Of a stretch of 51,705 bases of DNA, positions 31,749 through 40,109 are shown in pieces. The DNA is from an uncultured Gammaproteobacteria bacterium (lineage in GTDB: Bacteria; Patescibacteriota; Patescibacteriia; UBA1558; GWA2-36-10). Position 1 is the first letter of the stretch, and every line of letters starts with the position of its first letter. The notes beneath the pieces are model-generated. The model made no database searches. It was not told the DNA's origin and saw only the letters and a program-made list of their open reading frames with translations. The stretch lies in the NCBI GenBank assembly GCA_964638415.1, contig CAZWYP010000001.1:1-51705 (forward strand), given 5' to 3'. A program made the translations under genes and the position numbers.

Positions 31749-32150
31749 CTAAGGACGAGCCGTTGAGTCAACAACGGCTAAGGGCGGTTCCAGCTTCCTA
31801 GAAGAAAAAAGGCGCTCGGAGTGCCAAGTAAACTCCGTGTTATTGCGAAAAACCGCAATAAGCTGACAGCTCTGGCCTCCAGCAAATGTCTCATAGACAA
31901 AGGAACGGAAATAGATAAGGCTGGGAGCCTTACAGTCTTCGGTAACCGGGAAGCCGGCAATGGTGGACGGGTAAGTGCCGTGATCCAAAAAGTGGTCTTG
32001 CGCTTCCTGGACAATATTCCAGAAAATGCGCTCTCCCTTGCGGAAGTCTTTTTTGCTTTGGTGGTTAATTACCCCATAGCTGCCCAAGCCCAGAGCAGCA
32101 CAGGTTACTATTACCACAAAAAACAAAACTTCGCCTCGTTGGTTAAACAT
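31749..32150 (-). CDS. Pilin/pseudopilin-like protein
   Basis: QRG followed by a hydrophobic helix; GTYP and FVYE..S.QL resemble GspG-like domains; the prepilin motif is atypical. Confidence 0.4.
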   Translation of the reverse strand: MFNQRGEVLFFVVIVTCAALGLGSYGVINHQSKKDFRKGERIFWNIVQEAQDHFLDHGTYPSTIAGFPVTEDCKAPSLIYFRSFVYETFAGGQSCQLIAVFRNNTEFTWHSERLFSSRKLEPPLAVVDSTARP

Positions 32151-32289
32151 CTTAATCTCCTTCTGGTTGGGAAAATGAAGCGTACTATCTTAACTTGGTA
32201 TTTAATAATATAAAAGATAAATTGTCAAGGTTAAAGAAAAACGCCCACTCCAAATAATTGGAACGGGCGTTGTATGCTAACACCAAAAT

Positions 32290-32703
32290 TTAGCGCAGCA
32301 GTAGATAAGCTGACAAACCAGCCGCGGCATATCCTCCAAGCTGACTGAGGGTTATTCCGCCGCTCATGGCTGACTGGTAAATAGCTGGGGCTACAATCTG
32401 CGCTAACAAGCAGATCACAAATAGGGTACCGACATTATGCGGCATAGCCTGTGATAACATGCTGTTAAAAAACAGTAAGGCAATGCCTGCCAGAACACCA
32501 GCAGCTATTACCAATCCCCAATTGGCTGTTGGCAGCATCCAACCGCCATTCTGATACAGGGCAAATGGCAAAATCACCAGCAAGGTCAGTGTACTGAAAG
32601 CAGCAGCTGACACAAAACCGTTCAAGCCTGACCGACTCATAAACAAAGGCCAAATGCCGAAGAGAATTCCTGCGGCAACTGCTTTGAAAATAAGGGAAGA
32701 CAT
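32290..32703 (-). CDS. EamA/DMT-like small membrane protein
   Basis: 137 aa, 4-5 Gly/Ala-rich TM helices. Confidence 0.55.
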   Translation of the reverse strand: MSSLIFKAVAAGILFGIWPLFMSRSGLNGFVSAAAFSTLTLLVILPFALYQNGGWMLPTANWGLVIAAGVLAGIALLFFNSMLSQAMPHNVGTLFVICLLAQIVAPAIYQSAMSGGITLSQLGGYAAAGLSAYLLLR

Positions 32704-32844
32704 GGCAACCTCGATTCTGAAAATGATATTAAGTACTTATGAATATAATATTCAACACCAAAAACAAAAAAAGGTCAAGAAAAAGACCCGCTACGTGATC
32801 GTAAAAACGATTTTACGTAGCGGGTCTTAACACAGACAGAAAGA

Positions 32845-34276
32845 TTAGTTGGCAAACGGACGACAAACTGCCGACTTTATCTTTTGGAAATGGAGATGGC
32901 GAGTCTGCAGTTTCTTCGGCAGGAGATCATAGTTAATCTCTATCGGAGTCGGCGGACAAGTAAGCGATCTGAGCTTATCTTCCTCCAGTTGTTCTAGCAG
33001 GAGACGACGCTTTTCAGCCTTCTGTTCCCTGACGACAGATCGCAGTTGGATTCTTTCCCGAGTAAAATAAGTTCGGTTAATAATCCAGGCAGCGATTGCT
33101 ACCGCAGCCAAAAATGCGGCAATCTTCAGAATAATAAACAGCAAATCACCTAAGACTGCCAACAAAAGAGGCCAAGCCAAAAGCAGTATTGCCGAGAAGC
33201 CAATCGCGCAGATCACTTGGCTGGCAATACGCAAAGCCCGGTCTTTGTGGAACAACAAATATATAAGGCCTAGCGTTACCACCGTGACGACGAAGAGGGT
33301 ACCGGTGATCATTAGACTGACACTTGCCGCTTGCTGCCACTGGACCCAATCCCAATTGTAATCCTTCCAGATGATGCCCAGTGAGAACACCAACCAAACA
33401 GCAATCCAGATCATTGGAATAAACAATCTCCAAGCCCAGTGCTTTTTGTCGCCTCTCTTGTCACGGATAAAGATGTTCCGACAATCACCTACCCAAGCAT
33501 CGACATCGCCGTACCAAATTGGATCATCTTCATCACCAAGAAAAACTTGTTTCCAGTTGATGCCGATGATGCCGAACAGCGTACCAACCAATGCCCAAAT
33601 AAACCGCACCATCGGCCTAGCCACAAAGATGAAAGCCAAGAAGACCAAGCCAACGACGGCCACAAGCGGGAGTTGTATCGAGAAGGCCAACAAGGCGCGG
33701 CGACGGAATTCACACTGATCGCGCGGCGGGTATTTGTAGAAAAAGTTAACCCATTTCCACAACCACTTGGCCGGCTTCTTGGCAAAATATATCTTCCGGC
33801 ACTTCCACGTGGAGACCAGTTGATTCCACGACCAAGTATTGCTTCTTCTCTTCCGTGATGATCTCGTTGTCATCTTCATCCCATACTCGCCCTAAAGTCT
33901 GCGAAATGCGATGGTTGACCCAATCAACCTGGAAAACGCCATCACTGTTGATCAACCTTTTCTTATAGTCAAAAGGTTGCTTGTCTTCGGTGAGATATGC
34001 CTTGCGCAAAGCCGCCAGCGGATCTTTATCGCCAACGACCACCACCACTGCATAAATGGTGTGTTTGCCTGGCTTGGTAAAGGAAATGTATTCCATCTTG
34101 GCGCTGAAAGGCACCAGATAGCGCACTTCCGTCTTGCTGGCTTCGTTGACGATAACCAACAAGAGATACGGATTCTGCAATTGTTTAACGAGACCAAAGT
34201 CTGCTTCGTCTACGCACCACATGATCGGGGTAGTTGAGGAAACTTGTTCCTCATTGGAAACCATCAGATGCAACAT
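32845..34276 (-). pseudogene. Single ~476-aa membrane-protein gene interrupted by a 1-nt frameshift at ~33784-33787
   Basis: SD-led ATG at 34276 (MLHLMVSN...HVEVPEDIF) joins the 344-aa ORF (AKKPAKWLW...) if one T is removed from GAT ATA TTTT GCC. Confidence 0.65.
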
Positions 34277-34313
34277 TGTTTGCTCCTTGCTTTTTGCTGA
34301 AAAAATGAATTGT

Positions 34314-34574
34314 TTATGCTCTAATCGGTTGAACACTGTTAGCGCGCCACCCGGCAGTATGTTTCTGCACATCAAACAAATTGACATGCAAACTGACTGT
34401 GGGGTGATTTTCTTCCTGCCAAGCTTGTCCGCTACCTATGGAAAAGGTAATAGACTTACCCAGCTGTTGTTGGTGGCTATCTTCAAGCGGCATAGCCACG
34501 GCATACGGGCCATGGCGGCCATTGGGGATAACCTTGACCACAACCGCTTGGATTGCGTTCATTGTCTCCGGCAT
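34314..34574 (-). CDS. Hypothetical protein, 86 aa (small beta-barrel-like)
   Basis: AAAGGA SD; VVKVIPNGRHGPYAVA...ITFS...AGWRA. Confidence 0.65.
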   Translation of the reverse strand: MPETMNAIQAVVVKVIPNGRHGPYAVAMPLEDSHQQQLGKSITFSIGSGQAWQEENHPTVSLHVNLFDVQKHTAGWRANSVQPIRA

Positions 34575-34688
34575 GGTACATCCTTTCTGTCTAAGATGTG
34601 AAAGTACAGTTTGAATATATAATTATACACCAAAAACAAAAAATTGTCAAGGATATACTCAACAATTTATCTAATATTAGCTAATATT

Positions 34689-35390
34689 TTAAATTTTCCA
34701 CTTTTTCTTATCTAAAGCTTTCTGGGCAGCAGAAATTTGCCCTTCCTGTTTGCTATATCCTTCACCGCTAGCTACCAGCTCTTTTCCTAAATAAACGCCA
34801 ATCTTAAAATGCTTATTATGATCAGGGCCAGACTCTGCTAACACTTTGTAACTAGGGGTAATACCAATAATCTCCTGGGCTTTTTCCTGAAAGAGGGTCT
34901 TGGCATCAATATAGCTTTTATCCGCAATAATCTTATCTAACTCTACCAATAGATTCTTTTTCAGAAACTTAGCCGCTATCTTATATCCTTGGTCAAGATA
35001 GATGGCGCCAATTAAAGCTTCAAAAGCATTAGCCATAATATAGCTGCGCGCTTTTTTATTATTATCCTGCGCTTCACCTCTGCTCATATAGAGATAATCA
35101 TACAAAGATAATTTTTCCGCTTGCGCTGCTAATTGTTCGCGGTTAACCAAACTGGAACGCCAATTAGTTAATACTCCTTCCGGTTCCTGGTAATTGGCAA
35201 TTAAATAATCTGTAACCACTAATTCTAAAACTGCATCACCTAAGAATTCCAATCGCTCATTGTTATCTAAAGCAAAATCCTTATGCTCGTTTAAATAAGA
35301 GCGGTGAACTAAAGCTGTTTTTAACAAATCACGGTTATTAAAATCTATTCCTAAATTTTTTTCCAAATTGGCTAAATTTTTCTGGGTCAT
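34689..35390 (-). CDS. rnc: Ribonuclease III
   Basis: NERLEFLGDAVL signature; C-terminal dsRBD. Confidence 0.97.
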   Translation of the reverse strand: MTQKNLANLEKNLGIDFNNRDLLKTALVHRSYLNEHKDFALDNNERLEFLGDAVLELVVTDYLIANYQEPEGVLTNWRSSLVNREQLAAQAEKLSLYDYLYMSRGEAQDNNKKARSYIMANAFEALIGAIYLDQGYKIAAKFLKKNLLVELDKIIADKSYIDAKTLFQEKAQEIIGITPSYKVLAESGPDHNKHFKIGVYLGKELVASGEGYSKQEGQISAAQKALDKKKWKI

Positions 35391-36253
35391 TTTACCAAAC
35401 CTAATTGCTCTAAACCTTTGTCAAAAATCTCTACTGCATTCTCATAGCCTAAAGTAGCCCTGGCTTCACTCTGAGTAAACCAGCGGACATCCTGCAATTC
35501 TCCCACCTTAGGAATTGTAATCTCTTTATCTGCAGTTTTAACTAAAAAGTATTTAATTAATTTGCGGAAAGGAGTTTCATTAGGCTTATGGACTTTAACT
35601 TGCGTTTCTCCCAAATAGGTAATTACTTCCAAATTCTCCAAACCAGTCTCTTCTCTTAATTCCCGCAAAGCTGCTTGCTCTAAGCTTTCTCCCTGCTCTA
35701 CATGGCCTTTGGGAAAGGTCCATTTGCCATAAGCGTCTAAAACTAAAACGAAATAATAACCGTCGTCTTCCTGACGGTAAATCATGCCACCAGCCGAGAC
35801 TTCCTTAATTCCTTGAGCAGATAAGTTCTGTTTTTCACCGGCTTTAACCATGTCTTTGTAAATACTGCCCAATACTCCATTAACAAACTTGCCGGAAGAG
35901 TCGCCCCCAAAAGCCTTGGCAAGTTCTATCGCTTCGTTAATCGCCACCTTAGGAGGAATATCTGGATTGTATTTCAATTCATAAATCCCAATGCGCAAAA
36001 CATTGCGATCAACAATGGTGATCTGGTCAATTGGCCATTCCGCAGCAAAGCTTTTGATTAACTTATCTATTTTGGACTTATGGCTAACTACTGCCTGAGC
36101 TAATACTAAAGCAAATCCCTGGTCATCAAAATCAGGAGCAAATTCCTGGCGGTTATGCTCCAAAATTTCCGCAATATCTCCCTCACCTTGTTTGAAATCC
36201 CATTCAAACAAAGCTTGTAAAACTAAAGTCCTTGCTAAATGCCGGTTGGCCAT
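35387..36253 (-). CDS. nusB: NusB fused to a C-terminal Nudix hydrolase
   Basis: NRHLAR..VLQALFEWDF, DRNVLRIGIYE, INEAIELAKAF, FVNGVL; then the Nudix box GHVEQGESLEQAALRELREETGL. Confidence 0.92.
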   Translation of the reverse strand: MANRHLARTLVLQALFEWDFKQGEGDIAEILEHNRQEFAPDFDDQGFALVLAQAVVSHKSKIDKLIKSFAAEWPIDQITIVDRNVLRIGIYELKYNPDIPPKVAINEAIELAKAFGGDSSGKFVNGVLGSIYKDMVKAGEKQNLSAQGIKEVSAGGMIYRQEDDGYYFVLVLDAYGKWTFPKGHVEQGESLEQAALRELREETGLENLEVITYLGETQVKVHKPNETPFRKLIKYFLVKTADKEITIPKVGELQDVRWFTQSEARATLGYENAVEIFDKGLEQLGLVK

Positions 36254-36263
36254 TTAAATAACG

Positions 36264-36431
36264 TTAAGCTTTTTTCTCGCCTTTATAATATCCGCACTTG
36301 GCGCAAGCGCGATGAGGCATAGTAGAAGCTCCGCAATTCTTGCACTTGGCTACTGCTGGCTTCTTTAAAGCAAAATGCGAAGCACGGCGGCGCGCGGAAC
36401 TCTTAGTCCTCTTTTGTGATGGTAAACCCAT
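36264..36431 (-). CDS. rpmF: 50S ribosomal protein L32 (55 aa, zinc-type; not in the ORF track)
   Basis: MGLPSQKRTKSSARRRASHFALKKPAVAKCKNCGASTMPHRACAKCGYYKGEKKA. Confidence 0.95.
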   Translation of the reverse strand: MGLPSQKRTKSSARRRASHFALKKPAVAKCKNCGASTMPHRACAKCGYYKGEKKA

Positions 36432-36580
36432 AGTTATTCTCTTTAATTAATAAAATTAGTGCCTTGATAATAACGCTAAAATAGCTTAGCGTCAATAATT
36501 AAGGCTGGGAGAGTAAAAGTTAAGTTAATTATATCAGAAAAATGAAAAAAATCTAAATTTCTAGATTTTTAAAGCTGGAC

Positions 36581-36843
36581 TTGACAATACTTATAATATC
36601 TGCTATACTGCCATATTAGCTGAAATAAACATAAAAAACTCAATACAAACATAAAATTCCTTGGGCTTTTTAAAAATTCTACAGATTCTAGGAATACCTT
36701 CTTAGGTATCTGTGTCCACGACAAGCATGGGAATCTTTTTTAGATTTTATTCGGCTCCGGCTAAATATTTTCTGCAAAAGATTTTCTTGGACACAGATAT
36801 TTGAGAAGGTTTTTAAAACCCTGGCCTAATTGGTCAGGGTTTA
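36581..36843 (+). ncRNA. Candidate orphan structured RNA (~230 nt) with its own promoter and terminator
   Basis: TTGACA-17-TGcTATACT; 23-bp stem 36696-36718/36788-36810 with three G-U pairs; terminator 36815-36843. Confidence 0.6.
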
Positions 36844-36845
36844 TT

Positions 36846-38714
36846 TTATTCAACAACAGGAGGGGTTGAAGTATTAATTGCTCCCGGAGTAGAGCTGGCT
36901 GTCTCTGCTAGTAATTCTTCTTCAGTCACTCCCAATAGGCAAACTTTCTGCCAGGGCACATAGTGGCTGCGGAAGGTAACTAACACTGGCTCTGTCTGAC
37001 CTGAATATTTAACAGTGTAATCAAACTTAGCATCGGCGCCATGATGAGCGCTTTCCGTGCACTTCTGCTTGCCTGGTTCTAAATCCGTAGTCTTAATTAT
37101 TTTCTCCGGTGGCGGTGGCACAATGTTATAGATGGTGGGTTCAGTAATGGTAACTTCTCTACCATCTTTTGTTCCCCAAAAGTCAAAATATAGCTTGGTG
37201 TCTTCTATTCTGGTTTTGATCAAAAGATAATGTCCGGTGTCGTTTTTAAATTTGTAGTCAGGCGCAGGATCATAAATAGTAGCATCAGTGCCCGCCGGCT
37301 CATAATACCTCACGCGGTAAGAGTGGTTACGTCGTTCAGTTACCGGCAAGCCCGAAGCAATAGTTGCCCGAAAAGTAGTGGTGCCAATTTGGCATAAGCC
37401 ACCACCATATTCCGGCTTGGTTTCATTGCCCTTAATTACCAACTCCTGCAGATAGCCATGCTCGCCATCAATAGGACCTAAGGCTTTCAACAAAGAAAAC
37501 TCTTCGTCTGGAGCAATTAAAATGCCATCCAAAGCTTCAGCGCCTACTTTAATATTATGAACGCGATTCACCGGACTGCCGGTAAAATCCGATTCTCCAG
37601 TGCCGATGATTTCCGTAATGCCTAAATCATTAACATCATCATTGGTAATTTTCGGCTCTACGGTCTCTACTGCCAAAGCAATTTCCAGTTCTCCGGAATT
37701 AGCAATAGTTTGTTCCATGGACTGGATGGTTTTTTCTATATCCACTGCTTGACCGGATTGAGCGCCAATAAACTCCTCAACCTTGCCATCAACAATATTA
37801 AACTTAGCATCTTTTACCGGACGGTTTACTTGGTCTAAAATTCCTTCCGCCGTTAAATATTCATTGAGCGCTTCCCCGTCAAAACCGACATAGGCTCTAT
37901 TCTGATCTTTCTTGACCTGCAGCCACTGGCGCCAAACTTCTGAAGGTACTCCCCAATCTTGCTGATCATAAGTCAAATAGAAGTGTCCGCGATTAGCAGT
38001 AGCGATAATATTATTTTCCAGCCCTGCTATGTCTTTGGTAAAAATAGCGGGCGTTTGGGAAATAATAGCCAAAGGAATATCCTGATTGGTTAAATAAGAA
38101 ATCTGTTGAGCAGTTTGTTCCATGGCCTGCTGGTAGTCAAAAGTTTGGCCGGAATTCTCTGGAATAATTTTTATTTTTTGCCCTTCCCAGACAAAATCAG
38201 CGTCCTGCTTAGGAGTTAGTAAGCCGGTTAAATTGTTCTCCAAAATTGTCAAATACTGCTGCTCATCCCATTGATAAGCAATGGGAAAATGCTTATTAAA
38301 CCACAGGGCTTCTAATTTACTGGGCAGATATCTAATGGATTTTTGCTGCTGCCAGACCATAATCTGATCCAAGCTTTTATCAATATCCCAAATGATTAAC
38401 GGCTGGTAAGTGTCCGGGGAATCCACGGAAAAAGCATTAGGATAAACCACCACAGTTTTCAATTCACTCTGGTAAACATAACCTCGCTGATTAATAAAAT
38501 CTATCTTCTGCGCCAAGACTTCCCTAGCTTGCTCATAATTTAAACCAGCTAAATTCAAACTACCTAAGTAAACATTAGGAATAATCCTGTCAGTATAGCG
38601 GTTGTTAATGTAAGCATTAGCGCTAAAAGCGCTAGCCAATAAAATCACAAAAACGGCCACTGTGATCAATGACCATTTTAACCATAAGGTAGTTTTAATC
38701 TTTTCCCAAATCAT
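36846..38714 (-). CDS. VanW-family protein with peptidoglycan-binding (YoaR-like) repeats
   Basis: NRVHNI, FSLL..LG, GGGLCQIGTT.FR, ERRNHSY, GTDATIY, DYKFKNDT motifs; N-terminal TM. Confidence 0.9.
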   Translation of the reverse strand: MIWEKIKTTLWLKWSLITVAVFVILLASAFSANAYINNRYTDRIIPNVYLGSLNLAGLNYEQAREVLAQKIDFINQRGYVYQSELKTVVVYPNAFSVDSPDTYQPLIIWDIDKSLDQIMVWQQQKSIRYLPSKLEALWFNKHFPIAYQWDEQQYLTILENNLTGLLTPKQDADFVWEGQKIKIIPENSGQTFDYQQAMEQTAQQISYLTNQDIPLAIISQTPAIFTKDIAGLENNIIATANRGHFYLTYDQQDWGVPSEVWRQWLQVKKDQNRAYVGFDGEALNEYLTAEGILDQVNRPVKDAKFNIVDGKVEEFIGAQSGQAVDIEKTIQSMEQTIANSGELEIALAVETVEPKITNDDVNDLGITEIIGTGESDFTGSPVNRVHNIKVGAEALDGILIAPDEEFSLLKALGPIDGEHGYLQELVIKGNETKPEYGGGLCQIGTTTFRATIASGLPVTERRNHSYRVRYYEPAGTDATIYDPAPDYKFKNDTGHYLLIKTRIEDTKLYFDFWGTKDGREVTITEPTIYNIVPPPPEKIIKTTDLEPGKQKCTESAHHGADAKFDYTVKYSGQTEPVLVTFRSHYVPWQKVCLLGVTEEELLAETASSTPGAINTSTPPVVE

Positions 38715-38932
38715 TATTCTTGACTATCAAGCAGCTCGTTTAATATTTTTTTTTGATTTTCACCGCTGGTTACCGGCTCAGTGTCTAGGTTTAAATAAAG
38801 CGGTTTATGTTGATCAACCTGCTGGGTTAATAAATCTGTCGGCAAAGATACCTCTAAACCATTTTCAGTAATTAAAAAAATTTTATTATCCTTAGTGTGG
38901 GAAAAACTTAAACGGAGATTTTGCACCAGCAT
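38714..38932 (-). CDS. Hypothetical protein, 72 aa
   Basis: Translationally coupled between hsp20 and the vanW-like gene. Confidence 0.7.
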   Translation of the reverse strand: MLVQNLRLSFSHTKDNKIFLITENGLEVSLPTDLLTQQVDQHKPLYLNLDTEPVTSGENQKKILNELLDSQE

Positions 38933-38942
38933 AGTTTTATTA

Positions 38943-39386
38943 TCAATTTTCGTCTTTAACTCTAATATTAATATCTTTCTTTTTAGCCTTTGGTAAGATA
39001 ACAGTTAAAATGCCGTTGCGAATGGTAGCATCTACTTTATCTGCTTGCACGTCTACCGGTAAAATTATTGACCGGCTGAAAGAGCCCCAGTAGCATTCCT
39101 GGTAAAAATAGTCTTCTTCGGCAATACTATCATCGCGATACCGCTTACCGCGAATAGTCACCATGTCATTCTCAATGGACACATCAATATCTTCTGGCTC
39201 CACTCCGGCAATGGTAGACTTAATGATAATACTGTCCTCATCCTGAAAAACATCTACTGACAATTGACCTTCTTCCTCAATATCCTCTTCCGACCAACTT
39301 CCGTCTTCTTCCAAATCATTGTCCTCACTACTAGTTTCAATCACATCGGTTTCTTTTTTTACTTTTTTGTTTTTCTTTGACAACAT
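38943..39386 (-). CDS. Hsp20/alpha-crystallin small heat-shock protein
   Basis: VDVFQD...AGVEPEDIDV...ECYWGSFSRSIILP...NGILTVILPK. Confidence 0.93.
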   Translation of the reverse strand: MLSKKNKKVKKETDVIETSSEDNDLEEDGSWSEEDIEEEGQLSVDVFQDEDSIIIKSTIAGVEPEDIDVSIENDMVTIRGKRYRDDSIAEEDYFYQECYWGSFSRSIILPVDVQADKVDATIRNGILTVILPKAKKKDINIRVKDEN

Positions 39387-39506
39387 TATTTTAATAATTT
39401 ACTTATTTTATACATGTATATTATAAAATTTTAAGCAAAGCTTGGCAATAGAAAGACGCCGCCTGCCAAACTCTGTTTAAATAGAGTCCGGCAGACGGCC
39501 ATTTGA

Positions 39507-39974
39507 TCACGCAGAAGCTGTCGGTAGTTCAAATTCTTTAGCTAGATCGCCACCAATCTTCCTGATGGCTGTCATGATGTGCCTAGCTTGTTGCGGGTAA
39601 TTTTCCATGAGTTGCCAGAGGGCAGTAATCAGCTTTTGATCTGAATCTTTGGGAGTCAGTCGACCAATGATCTTGTCCGCTATCTGAATTACTTTTTCTC
39701 TCCTTTCCTTTTCTGCAAATTGGCTGACGATCTGCAAAACCAGATCGGGATTGTTGACAGCGACTTCTTCGACAATTTCCGGGTGTTTGGATACTATCTG
39801 CAGCGTACCCTCACTGCTGGCTATATCCGCCAAAGCAATAAAGTCCGTTATGCGGTCTTCACTCAAAACCATGGCTATTTCAACAGCTTGGAGGGGAAAC
39901 TGCCTGGCAAACTCAACCGCGCGGTCGGGATAAACTTGAGCCATCGCTACAACATTTTTTTTGGTCAGCTTCAT
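39507..39974 (-). CDS. Hypothetical all-helical protein
   Basis: AAGGAA SD before the ATG at 39974; own promoter and terminator. Confidence 0.65.
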   Translation of the reverse strand: MKLTKKNVVAMAQVYPDRAVEFARQFPLQAVEIAMVLSEDRITDFIALADIASSEGTLQIVSKHPEIVEEVAVNNPDLVLQIVSQFAEKERREKVIQIADKIIGRLTPKDSDQKLITALWQLMENYPQQARHIMTAIRKIGGDLAKEFELPTASA

Positions 39975-40109
39975 GATCAGATTCCTTGTTTGTGAAGAAC
40001 AATGTTTCAATTATTATTTAACCTATTATACCCTAGTGTTTTTGTCAAAAAATGCCACTTTATAATATTTGCTACTTCTGATAAAATTACCCTATTAATC
40101 TATTCATTA

